Assembly (NCBI GenBank): GCA_964187785.1
Contig: OZ076419.1
Location: 14,198,001-14,262,000 of the forward strand
Length of the DNA: 64,000 nt
Source of the DNA: Amphiscolops sp. MND2022
Lineage: Eukaryota
Direction of reading: 5' to 3'
Part shown: positions 36,798-50,133 of the stretch, in pieces
Layout: every line of letters starts with the position of its first letter
Numbering within the stretch: the first letter of the stretch is position 1
The notes under the pieces: model-generated
Seen by the model: the letters and a program-made list of their open reading frames with translations, nothing else
Database searches by the model: none
Told to the model about the DNA's origin: nothing
Position numbers and translations under genes: made by a program

Positions 36798-37426
36798 ATG
36801 AATAACATGAATACTAGCAATGCTGAACGTGTTAGGGCGAAAGAGGTTCTGAAAGAATCTGAGAGTAATGAGATGTATTTGACAGTGTTTATGAAGTCAA
36901 AGACCAAAAAACCTGATGTTGATTTCCATACAAAAAAGGCTTATGATTTTGCTGAAAGCTTATTGCGTAAAATGAATTTGGGTGCATCAAAAGTTTCTGT
37001 ATCTGGATTCAAACAGCTATGGGTTCACTTGAATTTTGAACGAATCAAGGTTAACATTTAACAACATTTGTGCCAACGCCATTTTTTCACAAAAATGCTT
37101 TATAACTTATTTTTTTAACTTTTAAGGATGCTAATCTCTGCAACGAGTGGATTGATTGTAACAAAGATCTGAAAGAAAAATATGAACTTTACACAACTAA
37201 TTTCCAAAAAAAACCAAGCATATTCCATCAAAATTGTAACCAAGGAATAAAAAGACCACCTCAGCATTTTCTCGCCCCCACCATTATAGAACAACCTACA
37301 CCAAGTAGACAACATACCGCAAAAGACCTAACATCGAGAGATTGGCAGATCAACCATGACATATTTATCAAGAAAAAGAACAAAGATTTTTTTGTCAATA
37401 AAGTAGTTTGTCTCCAAAGAAAGTGA
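36798..37426 (+). CDS. ORF-X, spliced basic protein of unknown function; homolog of 50134-50700
   Basis: NAERVRAKEVLKE..YLTVFMKSK..FAESLLRKMNL..FKQLWVHLNF. Intron 37050-37126 (GTTAAC..TTTAAG), then TNFQKKPSIF..CNQG..RQHTAKD..HDIFIKK. Full frame integrity was not verified. Confidence 0.55.
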
Positions 37427-38168
37427 CACCATGTGCCGCAGATGAAACTCAAAGACGTCTGGATTTGTGGATTGGAAATATAAAAGAATCCTCTTGAATT
37501 AATTTATAAGGTTATTTGACATTGCAATGTCTTGTTTTCAAGCGTAATACTCTGACTCGAAAGAAATTTGAACACGTTTGTTAATCAAAAAAAATCGTAT
37601 TTCCGAAAAACAATTCAGCAGAATTTAAAGATCGATGCTGAAAAATGGAATTTGCAATTTTTCTTCAATTAGTTGTAATAGCCTAATTTTTGAGTAACTA
37701 TATTTAAAAGTTTTTGAATATGTTTATAAGTAGTTAAAAAACTATTTCAGAATGTGCTATTAGTGTTGGACAGCAAAAATTCGTTGTCAACATAATTTTC
37801 TAAATCTCAAATACTTCTTCATATCTTTCGATGATGATATTGAAGTTATTTAAATTTTAATTACAATATACTAATTTATAAATACTCAAAGAAAACTTTT
37901 TACAGTATTTTTCAATTCGATCGAGATTTGACAATGAAGACAGTATTATCGTTACTCTTTATCAAATACTATTTCATTTTTCTTTATTACATAATAAACT
38001 ATAACGTTCTATTTTATATAAAAGATACATGAATATTAAATTCAAAAGTACTTATTCAACCTTGACATTAATTATACATAGTGATTAGGTTTATCTACAA
38101 TTTATAAAATAAAAATACAAAATTTTATTCAAAAAATAGTGATTTTAAAATTTTCAAAATAAAAAAGG

Positions 38169-38318
38169 AGGGAAACATAGATGGTAAATATATGCGGCTC
38201 ATCAGAAGTTAGCTTGCGGCGTTATGCTGAAGTCCCTTCTCCTGATGCTATGTCCCCCCTATTTTCAGTGGGCAACCTATGCCCAATTTTTTTTTCACGA
38301 AAAATTTTCCAGCATTTC
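38169..38318 (+). other. Conserved non-coding motif with hairpin and T-run (putative element terminus or promoter), copy 1
   Basis: CGGCTCATCA..GTTAGCTTGC.GCGTTAT...GCTATGTCCCC...TGGGCA-ACCTA-TGCCCA (38269-38285) then T9. Homologous to 51559-51700. Confidence 0.75.
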
Positions 38319-39169
38319 GAGCTACAGGATTCTTAATTGAATTTTTTTTATTTGCTGAATTTCAATTTGTCATTTTATCATCAAATAATGCAATTTGTGA
38401 TTTAGAAACATTTGATTTCAATTGAGACTGTTCAATTAAAATTGCTTTTAAAGGAATAAAATTGCTTTTGTATAGTTGAAATCAGAAGAAGACATTATTG
38501 TTTGTTTAGTTATGAAATCAAGCGTGTCAAAGTGAAAATCAGTGAAGATTGTTTTAAATACATTTTTGATATTTTCTTTGAACAGTCATTTTTCATATGA
38601 AGGTCAATTTCATGTCAAGTATTATTGTTAGTTATGCAGCTTTTGTATTTCGCTAATACCGTTCAGTTTATTGTACAAGTCCATAAAATTATCTTGCTCA
38701 ACCTGTTTTCATCTAAGTTTTAATTTTTTTATTCAGAGTAGTCCGTTTTCATTTTAATGTCTCATCGATACATTGTCTGTAATAAGTAAGATAGTTCATT
38801 TTGTTATTTTGTTTCGCAACGTTTCAAAAAAAGACATTCAAGCTTCTTAATTTTTCATCATTTTGTCCAAATAAGAAAGTGCCAAAAAGGTTTCATGAAA
38901 AAAATTAAAAGTTCATTTCCAAAAGATCCAGATATATCTTTCTTTCATGTCATTATGTTTCGAAATTTGTTCAATGTGCTTTTTATTGAAATCGAAAACA
39001 ATTTTTTCCTTGATGTACTTAAAATCTTCAAGGTTTTTCAAAGTTTTATACTTGTGGTAATTGTTCAATGAAGTAAATTTTAAACCACTTTTAGATGACT
39101 TTTGCTTACAGTATTTGTTTATAACATTCGAGTGATATTTGCATCATGTAATTCTTTGTTTCAGACAAC

Positions 39170-42100
39170 ATGCGAAAAAAAATTGCGCAGATCTGCCAAT
39201 GGGCAATTCTGTGGGACTAACATTCAGACATCTGCGGATACAGATACTTTCGTCACAGAAACACAAGCATCAACACTTATCGACAATGTTATCGACAATC
39301 ACTTTGATGAAGCGGCACACATAGACACTATTGACTGTGACTTTGAAACAGTTAATCAAATTGAAGACAACACTTCCAATGATGTTACTTTGCCTGCAGA
39401 ATTATCAAATACAGTTACTGACAACAACATCAAATTGGTCGACAGACATTATCGGTAAAACAATTAAACGCATGGTTTCTCCAGACTTTGCTATATTGTT
39501 ATGACCAGCTTCTACAATACTTACAAGTCTCAGTATCAACCATGTTTGTGAAAAATGTTGCAGAGAATCAACTGAACATTATCCTTTACAATTTCAAAAT
39601 GTTTCGACTGCAACTTTGAGATCACGACAATTTGGACGACAGGTTAAATCAAAGCCAACAGCCATGTTGTGTAACGAATGTTTGTTGTATAGCTCTAAAC
39701 GATTATGGAAATATGCATGGCCATCTGTTTTATTCACTTTGTTTTTCGATGATTCAAAGTTTTCCTGCAACGTTCCTTACTTTTTCCAGTTATTTCCTAG
39801 AACCTTAACGGAATCATGGCGAAAGTTTGCATTCAATTATGGATTTAGTTACACGGTTTCGTTATTTCTTTTTTAAGATTAAAGTGTAATTAAATCGTCA
39901 ATGATTAAAGCGCACAAAGGCTGCAATTTGAAAACGAAGTTCTGTCAATATTCATTTCCCTTTATCAAATGTCCGGTTGGTTGTTGTGTAATGATATCAG
40001 AAGTAGGGAAAATTTCTCTTGTGCATTTATTGAACTTACTCTTTCCTAGTTTTTAGCATTTTGGAGGTAACAAAATTATCTGCAAGGAATGAAACAAGAT
40101 TGGTTACATAGTACCCTCCATTTAGAAACTTATTTATGTTCTCCTTGTTTATGTATTGACGAAAACGGATTATCGATTGTTACTTGTTACTTACATAACT
40201 ATAATCATAATAAACGGTACATACACATGGCTACCTCACCGTTGGGTAATTTGACACATCCCCATTTTGATAGATTGGCTCCTTTAGCAACAAAGATTAG
40301 AGGTTATGTTCCATCCAAGAGAGGCGAGTTTACAAATGGATTCACAACTTCTACCAGCATAGGACGAGAGTGTGGTATTAGTAGTCTCCGATTGACTGAT
40401 ACAAGGAATTTCAATGTGAAAAGTGAGAATTTGTTACCATCGATTGAGCCTTTGACTTATCAAAATCGTCAAGACATTCGGACTGTAACGAATTTGTTAT
40501 TCAATGATTCCTCCATAAATCAAGATGTTATAGATTACAGAATGACAAGCAAGGCATATTACCAAGTGAATTGTTACATAATTTTACTGCTACAGCAAAT
40601 CATATGACAATGTTTTCTATGCTGTCAGTAAAAAATATTTTAATGAAAACGAAAATTTATTCAGAAGTATTCCTTGTTCTTTACTTATTTGCCATCAAAA
40701 CGACAAAAGAGGTACTGAACCTATTCTCCCAACTCAGAAAAATTTCCAAGACAAACTTTCCGTTTACATAATCACTACGTGGTTTGTCAATTTTGGTTCA
40801 ACGAGCTGTTTGGTTTCATACTTCTAACAAATGAACGCTTCAAAAGTGATACAATTGACAATTTGAACACAATAAGCAGAAATATGAGTGTCAAAAAAAC
40901 AAATTGCGAAAAAAGGGGACTTAGAAAGACAATTGTGTGAAGGCTTTGAAATTTACTCTTTAAATTTGAACAAGTTTAATCTTCTAGCACAATTATTACA
41001 GACTTTGGCAAATTGTGACCTTTTATACTGTCCCTCGCGTCAACGTATAGACGAATATCAGTTACAACACTTGAACAATCCCAATGGGAGAGTTAAAACT
41101 GTTACAATACTAACATAAGAAGATATTTTACTACGCATTGCAATGTTCCCAGACAATTTATATTTAGATGGAAACGAGGTTCAATTGGTGCACGTATTTT
41201 CATCTATCACTGGTTTTTGAATGTTACGTTACGGTGATTTATTTGATGAGTGGTGGTGCTTTGACTCAAAAAATAATTTACTGGAACAGATAAAACAAAT
41301 TGTCGTGGAGTGTTGAGAAGAAGTTGGGAAGTTTTACTGTATATTACAAAATACACAGATCTTATTACATATGGAGTTTCATCATTGTTTGAATCCGGTC
41401 GAGATAAAGTTTCATGTGGTAGTCACAAGGTTTTCCTGTCAACAGATTTGAATGATACTAGTTTCAAATGTTCAACGACTGGTTGCAACAGAAAATCGTC
41501 TTTCCGATGTCCAAAAAAGATTGTGATATTAGTATCTTTAGAACACATCTCAATTTATTCGAAAACAATAATCAAACTGTATTCCTTACATCGGACAATG
41601 ATTTAATTACAAGTAATTATAAGGACAGCTTACAGTTGTGTCGACTTGTTGAATGATATGAATCAGACTTTGGTTTTCCACCAGAATTGATACTCATTGA
41701 AGAAACTGGCTATTTCAATTGTAGTTCAGTAGATAGCGAAACCACATCCAATGTTCCCAGAGTTGAGACTTGCTCTAATGCCGATACTATTCCCTTTCAT
41801 TTGTTTTTCAATCAAGGTATGCAGTTGTTTCGACGTATCCGCAAAGCAACAAATGTATGCAAACTAGTTCAAAGACTTTTTCAAAAGTTAGCAGCATCAC
41901 AACCACAGCACACTGCTTCTTTAATACAACCAGAATCACTGCTTTGTCCCTCGTTATATATCAATCAAAATGATGATGGGCCATTCGGAGGAGCAATACC
42001 TTGCTTTCTGCATGGGGATTGTGTTGCCAACGGTAAATTGGGTTACGCCAGTTTTTATGACCACGTTTTTAGTAGAATAGACAATCTCGAGCTAACAGTT

Positions 42101-45100
42101 AGTGGAAACAAAGTATTTATACTACCTTGCTGATGCTTTTTTAAATAACTTGCTTGAAACCATGTCTTGTCATTATTTCCAACGTGGTATTCAAAACATA
42201 CATATTAATAGAGAAAAAATTAATGAATCAGTTATTAAAGCCAACTTTTTATCTGTGACGAATTCGAAAGAAATGGCACGAGCAATGGCGTACAAATGCT
42301 CAACAGTTTTCTTTACATTCACGTTAAACTTGAGAAAACATCCAGGTCCTGCTGCTTTGATGAAAACTATTGACAATCTCTTCCCAGATAAAAATTCTGA
42401 AGAACACAAACCTGTCATGCAAACGTTCGTGCCTGTTTTTATGAGAATATGGAATTTCACTGCGCAATTGATTTTGGAGTATTTGAGTAATTCTTCAGAA
42501 CAAATACTTGGTGAAATTGAAGATTACTGGGGAAGAGTAGAACTCCAAAACTATAGTACTATAGTGGCGATCCACCCCATTTCCACTTTCTACTTTGGTT
42601 GAAAGACACAGTCGCAGTTATTCAACAGAAAATAGCTTCAAAAAGGAAACATCTTGCATCAGCGTTTAAAACATATTTGAATCTGTCTTATGTCTGATCC
42701 AAAACCAAGACGACCTCGATGAGATATACCAGTTATGTTTGCGTATTCATACTCATGACTGTGCTAAAGCTTCAAACAGATGTAGAATTAAAAGAGATCA
42801 TCAAGGCAATGCGATATGTAGAATTCCACCGTATCAGCAGTCAAATGTGTATACAATATATATAAAATATTACAATTCCTTACAAAAAAGAAACTTTCCA
42901 ACTACTTGAAGAGCTTGGCTGAGCTAAATCGTTCGATGAATTCAGTTATACCTTGGACAGTTCATTAGCTGCCCAAAAATAGTCTTAACCCGCAGACAAA
43001 GGCTGTCATTTAATGCCAACATGTCCTGGACTATTTGCTATCACCAAATCCAGTACAAATGTTTTATTGATTTCCAAAATATTTAGCTTACGCTATCTGA
43101 ACAAATATGCAGCCGGAAAAGAAAAACATTTGCATGCTTCTGTAGAAACAGGACAACCAAATCAGTCTTGGAAAATTATTGAAGGAAATATCAACAATAC
43201 AAAACTTACAAGCTCGAAGTTACATCAAGAAGCTGAACTGGAAAAAAGAAGGACAAGAAAACAAAATCATGCTGCTACTATATCCCAAACTGAACAAATT
43301 TGGTGGGCATTAAAGTCACCATGTATTAATTCGTCGTTCGATTTTATTCATGTGCCATCAATAGTTATGGAAAGACGTGGTGGCGTTTTGAAGAATTTCA
43401 AACAAAATTTGAATGTTATAGAAAAGTACATGACAACCCGGGAAGATTTAAACTTACCACAAGACAGAATATTTACTTCGAATCAGAAATTTATCATTTA
43501 TGATGCTTTCACATCAAGTTATTGCATGGACAAAGTAACAATTTTTTCGTTGAGACCACCAGAACTTCTTTGTGTGTATACAATGGAGTCCTATTTCAAT
43601 TTTTTCGTAAGAGAAGAAACAGTTAAATCAATTGTTTTGTTGAACAAGTTACTGACAGCAAACCCTCACCATTGTATTGATGGATAAAATCATATAGTGA
43701 GGATACGACTATCGGCAATTAAAGAGTTGTATCAATGGTTAACAAACGTTCAGAGAAATGAAAGCATAAAAACTTATTAATCTCTTGTCGACTTTCAATT
43801 CCTCAAATTACGAAAATACATATCTATCACAACAAAAAGGTACAACACGAAAAGCCATAGTAGTTTTTTCGAATGTATACCAAAGCAACCTCTCAATTTC
43901 CTACTGCACTTGCTGTATACAATGGGTCACGTCGAGACGGAATTAGATATTTTCAACAGTACTTTGTTATTGGATGCTTTCAAGAAATCGAAAATACTTC
44001 CTTCTGATACCACAACTAAATCAGACGCTTATAACTTGATAAAACGATATCTGTTCGAGCAAATGAGTTACATTCCTGGAGGAGATATTTCACTTTCATC
44101 TCGTTTATCACATGCCTTCTCCTCAATGGTCTCACTAGTTACCGAATTTTCACTACCTTACTTCAACTTTCCTATCGTTTTAATGTCCAAATTAACAGAA
44201 CAAGTTAAAAGTTCAGTTGAAATGTACCTCAGAGAAACAAGCTAAATTATACGAACGACTGAATCCTTTAAACCTAAAAAACAAACCCTCTGAAATACCA
44301 CAAGAAATTATTACTAGTTGGAGTCCTGAAATGATACAATTGGAAGTTCAATCAAATGAGTCTTTCATGGAGCAATCTAGTGTGCTCCAAAAGATGTTAC
44401 TATTTATAAACGCCAGATTGGTTTCAAAATTTGAAAATTGTAGAAAAAATTTCGTCATGCTTGGGAGACCGGTCTCAGGGAAGAGCCATGTAACATCAGT
44501 GATTACACTTTATGCTATGCTAAGCGGATTAAAATGTTACGTCACTAGTTTAGCTTCCAAACGGTCTTCGAACTTTAACTGTGATCATTTCCATCGATTA
44601 TTTTGCCTAGAAGTTATTGCAAGCATTAGTCCTACAGATCATGCTCATATTGCTCTGAAAAGAATCTTGAAGTATCCCAGAAAACACACATTTCTTTTTA
44701 TCATTAGATTCGTTAGTGTTAGAAGATATTGGTTTGATAAATGCAGAATTGTTGGATACTATTGACATTATTCTACAATTACTACATGACAATAATTTAA
44801 CATTTGGAGGCATTACTTTGATTTGTAATGGAGATACCAATCAACTTCCTGCAATAACAGGAACAGACACGTTTCTGAGTTCGTCTTTGTTTTTCAACTT
44901 TCAATGTTATTTTCTTGACTACGATGTTCGTATGATCGACTCTGAAGGACAACTTGTTTTGGATTCAATGTCTAAAAACTCAGTTAGCCCGGAAGCAATT
45001 GAAAAAATTATCGAAATCATTCAACGACGGTGCACTTTCGTTGACTCATGGGATGATATTGATGATGTCAAAATCTTGAATGTTTTTGGAAAGAAAAAAG

Positions 45101-46313
45101 CTGAGAGAGAAGCTATTGCTTATCACAAAGAGAGAGTAGGTGGGACGTCAAAAAGCACCGTAACAATCGAAGCAGAAGACGAAATGTGTATGTCGAAAAG
45201 TTCAGCGTGGCTACAGGCAGCGGAAAAAGTTAAAAACTTTTTAGACATTAAAATGCGAGAACCACGATTATTGTTATTACATGAACACTGTTTACTAAGA
45301 AATACAATCAATTTAAAAAATATTTCTCAGGGTCAAGTTTGCATATTAGCAGAAATGCCTTCAGAAACTGACAATTTCATTTCTGTTTATGTACCACCTG
45401 ACGCCAATTCACTTTCAGATGCAAAATTGTGGACTGAAAGTTTATTTATCAATTGGCCTGTCAACATATTATACAAATCACTGGGATATGTATTGTACAA
45501 AAATTGGACTGTCAGAAGAAAACAAATACCAGCAGTTACCAATGCAGCAATGACTTGTCATAAACTCATGGGAGATACTTTTCTGAAAACTGCTAGTAAA
45601 ATATCTGTTACTGATGTGGATGGATTGTTATATGTTATTGTCAGCAGAGTTAAACAATTATCAAATGTCATCTTCGTTGGTCCTCGGTTAGTAAATCATT
45701 ATATTTTCAAAAAGTAAAAAAAATTCAACGCAATAGTCAGTTTAAGATAAAGTTTGAAAATTTTGAAAAATTCAATTGAAAATGTTCTCAAGTATTGAAA
45801 ATAAAATCATGTTTTCAGAGACGAAACACTTACAGCAATGAGGGTTATTTTGGCAAAAACGAGTCCCCATGAAATTGCATTACAAAAACGATTCGAATTA
45901 TTGAGAGAAGCAAATGAGAAAGAGGAAGCTGCCGAAATCGTTTTGCCAGAAGTATTGATGTCTCCAATTATTTGTACTATTCCTCAAGTAGAATTTGGAT
46001 TTGTTTATATACTAGTCAGCAAATCGCAGTGTCCCAGGATTGTAGAGTTTGTAGGCAATACTGAAAGCAACCTTTTACATTGTCCAAGAAACAAAATTCA
46101 GATGTTAATTTCCTCACTACATCTTTACCTTTGAGACCTTGGTGCTTAATCGCTTTCATTTATAACTTTAATTCTGATAATGAAAGAGATTGTTGCGAGT
46201 CATACTTGAAAAACTGTATACTTGCTGAGTATTTTAAAAATAATGAAATTTACCAAGATGTGGAGCTTTGCTTAAAATGTTTCGATGAATCAAATCTACG
46301 ATATTATAAATGA
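39170..46313 (+). pseudogene. Lineage C RepHel-GIY-YIG polyprotein gene (about 7 kb, disrupted)
   Basis: STVFFTFTLN (motif 1), YWGRVELQ..PPHFHFLLWL (HUH, ~42575), RYLNKYAAGK (Y2), GRPVSGKS (Walker A), LVLEDIG, FGGITLICNGDTNQLP, TCHKLMGDT, YVIVSRV. Intron 45687-45818, then GFVYILVS..FVGNTE..RPWCLIAF. Confidence 0.9.
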
Positions 46314-46771
46314 GCTCATGAAATTATAAATAAATTAAGATGATTCAAACTTCTTTTCAATATTTTAATTGTTGTCAAGGAATCAACAATTTTGGAACTG
46401 TCAATTCTTTCAGTTTTTCATTTAAAGCTATATACAAATCAAAGAAGGAAATATGAGATTTCAAAATGAATTTCGAGCTTTCACGAAAGTTTCTTGCGTG
46501 AAAGCGAGAACCCTTAGTTGAATTTTTAAATTATTCTTGTTTTAGTTGGAAAAGTCATTGAAATTTAATTCAAAGTTTTTTTAGAGAATAAGTATATTAA
46601 ATGGTCAGTGAAAGTATAAAATTTCCTTTGATAATGCAAAAGAAGTTATTTTTTATTCTTTTTAATTGTGTTTTTACTTTTTCGAACCTATAAACTTTAG
46701 AAGCAAAACATATTAGAAATAATGTTTGTTTTGAATTCCAGATTCTTTGAAAAACTTCAAAACTGAAAAAA

Positions 46772-48029
46772 ATGCATTCAAGTGGGTATATCAAAGTGGA
46801 AAAATCGATCACCGAAGTGCAAGAAATGGTAGAGAATAGATTCACAAAAATCTCTTTTGGTGACCTAACGGATGACGAGGTGCAGAAGCCTCGTAGATTT
46901 TAAATAAAGTGTGTCTACCTTCATTCAACACTTGGGCAAAAAAGTAATTTCTTCAAACCCAACAGAACCGGTGCAAAAATGAAGAAAAACGAGGTTACAA
47001 GCTACGATAGGTTCATTGTGTTAGGCGTGGAAGGAACAGATAATGTCATCCTTGCATTTACAAAAACTGGAGATGATTTAAAAAAATTCTTCTATATCAT
47101 GAAATTGGTTTGCGTCCAGGATCACCCGTGTGGTTATTGTGTCCAAAAGTGGAAGGATTCTTGAAACAAACACAAAATCCTCTAATTTCAACATTCGATC
47201 CACTTGTTCTCACATATCAGTCTCCTCTCTACAGAAACCCGCCTCAAGAAGTAGGAGTAGCAAATTTTGTAAACTTTGATTTTCGAGCCACAAACTTCAT
47301 GTTGAAACAAGCCGTACCAAAAAACAAGGTTTGCACAGGATCACTTTGCGACGCCCAGATTGATGGCCCACGTCCATGTATAGCGGCCAAGCCTAGAGAA
47401 CATTCGGCACTCACATTTGTGTTTTGCCGCGACGAGCTTTCAGAAAGAGTTACCGGAGAAGAATGAATAGGCTTCACATCTATGGGACCGACCAAACTCT
47501 TTGTACATTTGAATAAAAGTAAAGAGCCCCTATCTTCCAATGAAATAGTGGTTTTTGATATGGAAGAAGCAGTATGCGACATGGCCACAGTGATTGATTC
47601 GGCAGCTGGAAATTTCTGCTACAATGTCAGCTCCATTTCGCCATGTTCGTCTTAGAATCCATACCAGTTGAAATTAATATGTGGGCCACCATCAACAGAT
47701 GATTTCTCATGCTCGTCGTCACAGGATGGAAATTCTGTAATCACACAAGATCATCTCTTGGGTCCATCGCATCAATTTGATAATTCACAAGAAATACAAA
47801 AAAAAACGATTCGCTATCGGTGATACCTTATAATGTTGAAACATGTGAAAGCAGTCAAGCAGTTGGAGAACATAATGGTGAGGACAAAAATGACAACGAC
47901 GACGATGAAATATATGGTGTAACACAACCAGCAGGTAATGATAATAGTCAAGGAGATGATTTTTCTGAGAGAAAAGCCTTTTGCAATATTGATCTTCCAG
48001 AATTGACATTCGGGCCGGCTATTTATTGA
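46772..48029 (+). pseudogene. Accessory gene of unknown function; homolog of 14724-16152
   Basis: See the 14724-16152 alignment; ORFs 46979-47164 and 47110-47466. Confidence 0.75.
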
Positions 48030-50133
48030 AAAGAAACAACAATGACAACTAAATGATAAGACAAGAGTCATTGAACTTGTACAAACAATCAGTAAACTTT
48101 AAATCAAGACATAACTATGAAAATTATTATAGATTTTGTGTTGCATAATGTTGAAATATAAATTATTAAATTTATTCGAACTGATACAAATGTTTTTTTG
48201 TGGTAAAAACAAGTGATTAAGAAATTTTTAACATGTTTAAATTGAAATTTCAAACAATTAAAATGATTGAAAATTTCCGAGATAGATTGATATAGTGATT
48301 TATTTTGGATTTTTCAATGACATATTAGTGAGAAATGTAAATTTAATGTTTACTAAATAAATATTCCTCTGATGTGAAAGGCAAATTTTTGATGTAGATG
48401 AAAACATTATATGATCAATTGTTTAATCGGTAAAATGTTCAGTTTATGATTTGATATGTGTATTACTGCATTGTTGACAAAATGTTAAAGTAAATTTAAT
48501 TTGAATTATTAAATTGATGATTAAACTCCTAATTAAACTTTATATATATTTATATTCACCGTTACGGACTTGGCCCCGCAGCCTAACCCCTATGTCACCG
48601 GAAATGACACTTGTTCACAGCAAAGTGTCAGTCCTAGCTCGGCAAAGTTATGAAACTTTTTGTAGACCGCTATGGGACGAGTTGGGGATATAAGTTCAGT
48701 CACCCCCATAAACCCTTGGAATCAGAAATGGCCGTTATGAAGGAAAAATATCATTTTTATACTTTTGGAAGGCTATTCGGGATGAAATGGAGCCCTAGTA
48801 TGTCTTCGGACAGTGTAAAATGAAAGTTTTGGTGTGGAAAGAGCAATCTGAAGTAACCGTTATTCTGTTTCGGAAGTCACTGTAATAGCGAAAACGACCG
48901 TTATGTAGTGAAAAGTCCAATTTTATTAATTTCGATTGGCTCTTCAGGCCAGGAAGTAACTGCAATAGATCTTTAATCACTACATGATGGATGTGGTGTT
49001 GTGAAATTATCATACGGAATTGACTCTTATAAAGCTCCTGAAGTTGCTCCGGCTGAGGAAGTTTCTGATATTTGGCTATCTTTTTTGTTTTTGTTCGAGA
49101 AAACATGTAATTTCATCAAACCAAAGTTCATTCACTGTTTTTAGAAAGCTTAACTGTGTTTACGATGTATGTTGCTTTTTTTCCTTGTTATTTTGATGAT
49201 ACAAAAAATTGAACCATCCGGTCAAACATAAGAGTGGGATTTCATGATGGAACTGAATGGCACTGTTGAGTTTGAATTATTTTTTTTGTAATAATTTCAC
49301 AAAACAAAATTATAACTTTCGAAACAACACGGTATTTGCTAATTCATGAAATAGTTTATGCTTTTAGTTCAATGTGAAAACTAATGTTTTGTGTTAAAAG
49401 TGAAACTAATATGCGGCTAAATTATGTTGACTTCAATACTTTTCCAGAATATCATTCACTAGTGATTGATTACTTGTTTGTGGTGGTTGATTCAGAACGA
49501 ACTTATTGGAAATTAAAAAAACCTCCGAAAAGAAGAAACAATTTACCGCAATGGTCAATTAACAATGATAAAGCTTGATCATGAATTTTTCCGAAATATT
49601 GAAAACCAGAATTTTACTTATGCTAAGTTTTTCTTTAATTCAAAATACACACATCATGATGAATGATAATTATTCATATGTACTTTAAATATTGTGGTAA
49701 CACATCATATTTGTTTATATCTGCAATCGTATTGGTTTCAGAATTAGGATGAGAATGTCAAGTATATTAAAAAATCTTAAATTCTATTTTATAAATGTTT
49801 ATAATAATAAATCCTAATTTAATTTAATAATGATACTTTGTAAAATTAAAACTTTATATATTAATCAACATTCGTCAGTGGAACATAAATCTTCGAAGAT
49901 GAGATTGGGTAACAGACGAAAAACTTTCAATATAAAACGTTTTCGTTGTAAAGAAAAAAATGATGCAACCTGATTCTCTTGCAAAAACATTTAATATTGT
50001 TGCATAATGTTTCATTTGATCGAGCTATTGAATTTATCATAAATTTACTTAGTATAGCTTCTGTTTTCCAGCATCACTTTGTCAAGAATCATCAAACAAA
50101 TGGCTACAACTAAAATTTTTCTGAAAAAAAAAC

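Noticed and set aside
46313-46772. APE-type endonuclease expected for classical Helentrons
   Set aside because: No APE motifs (such as GDFN or SDH) were found after any helicase copy.
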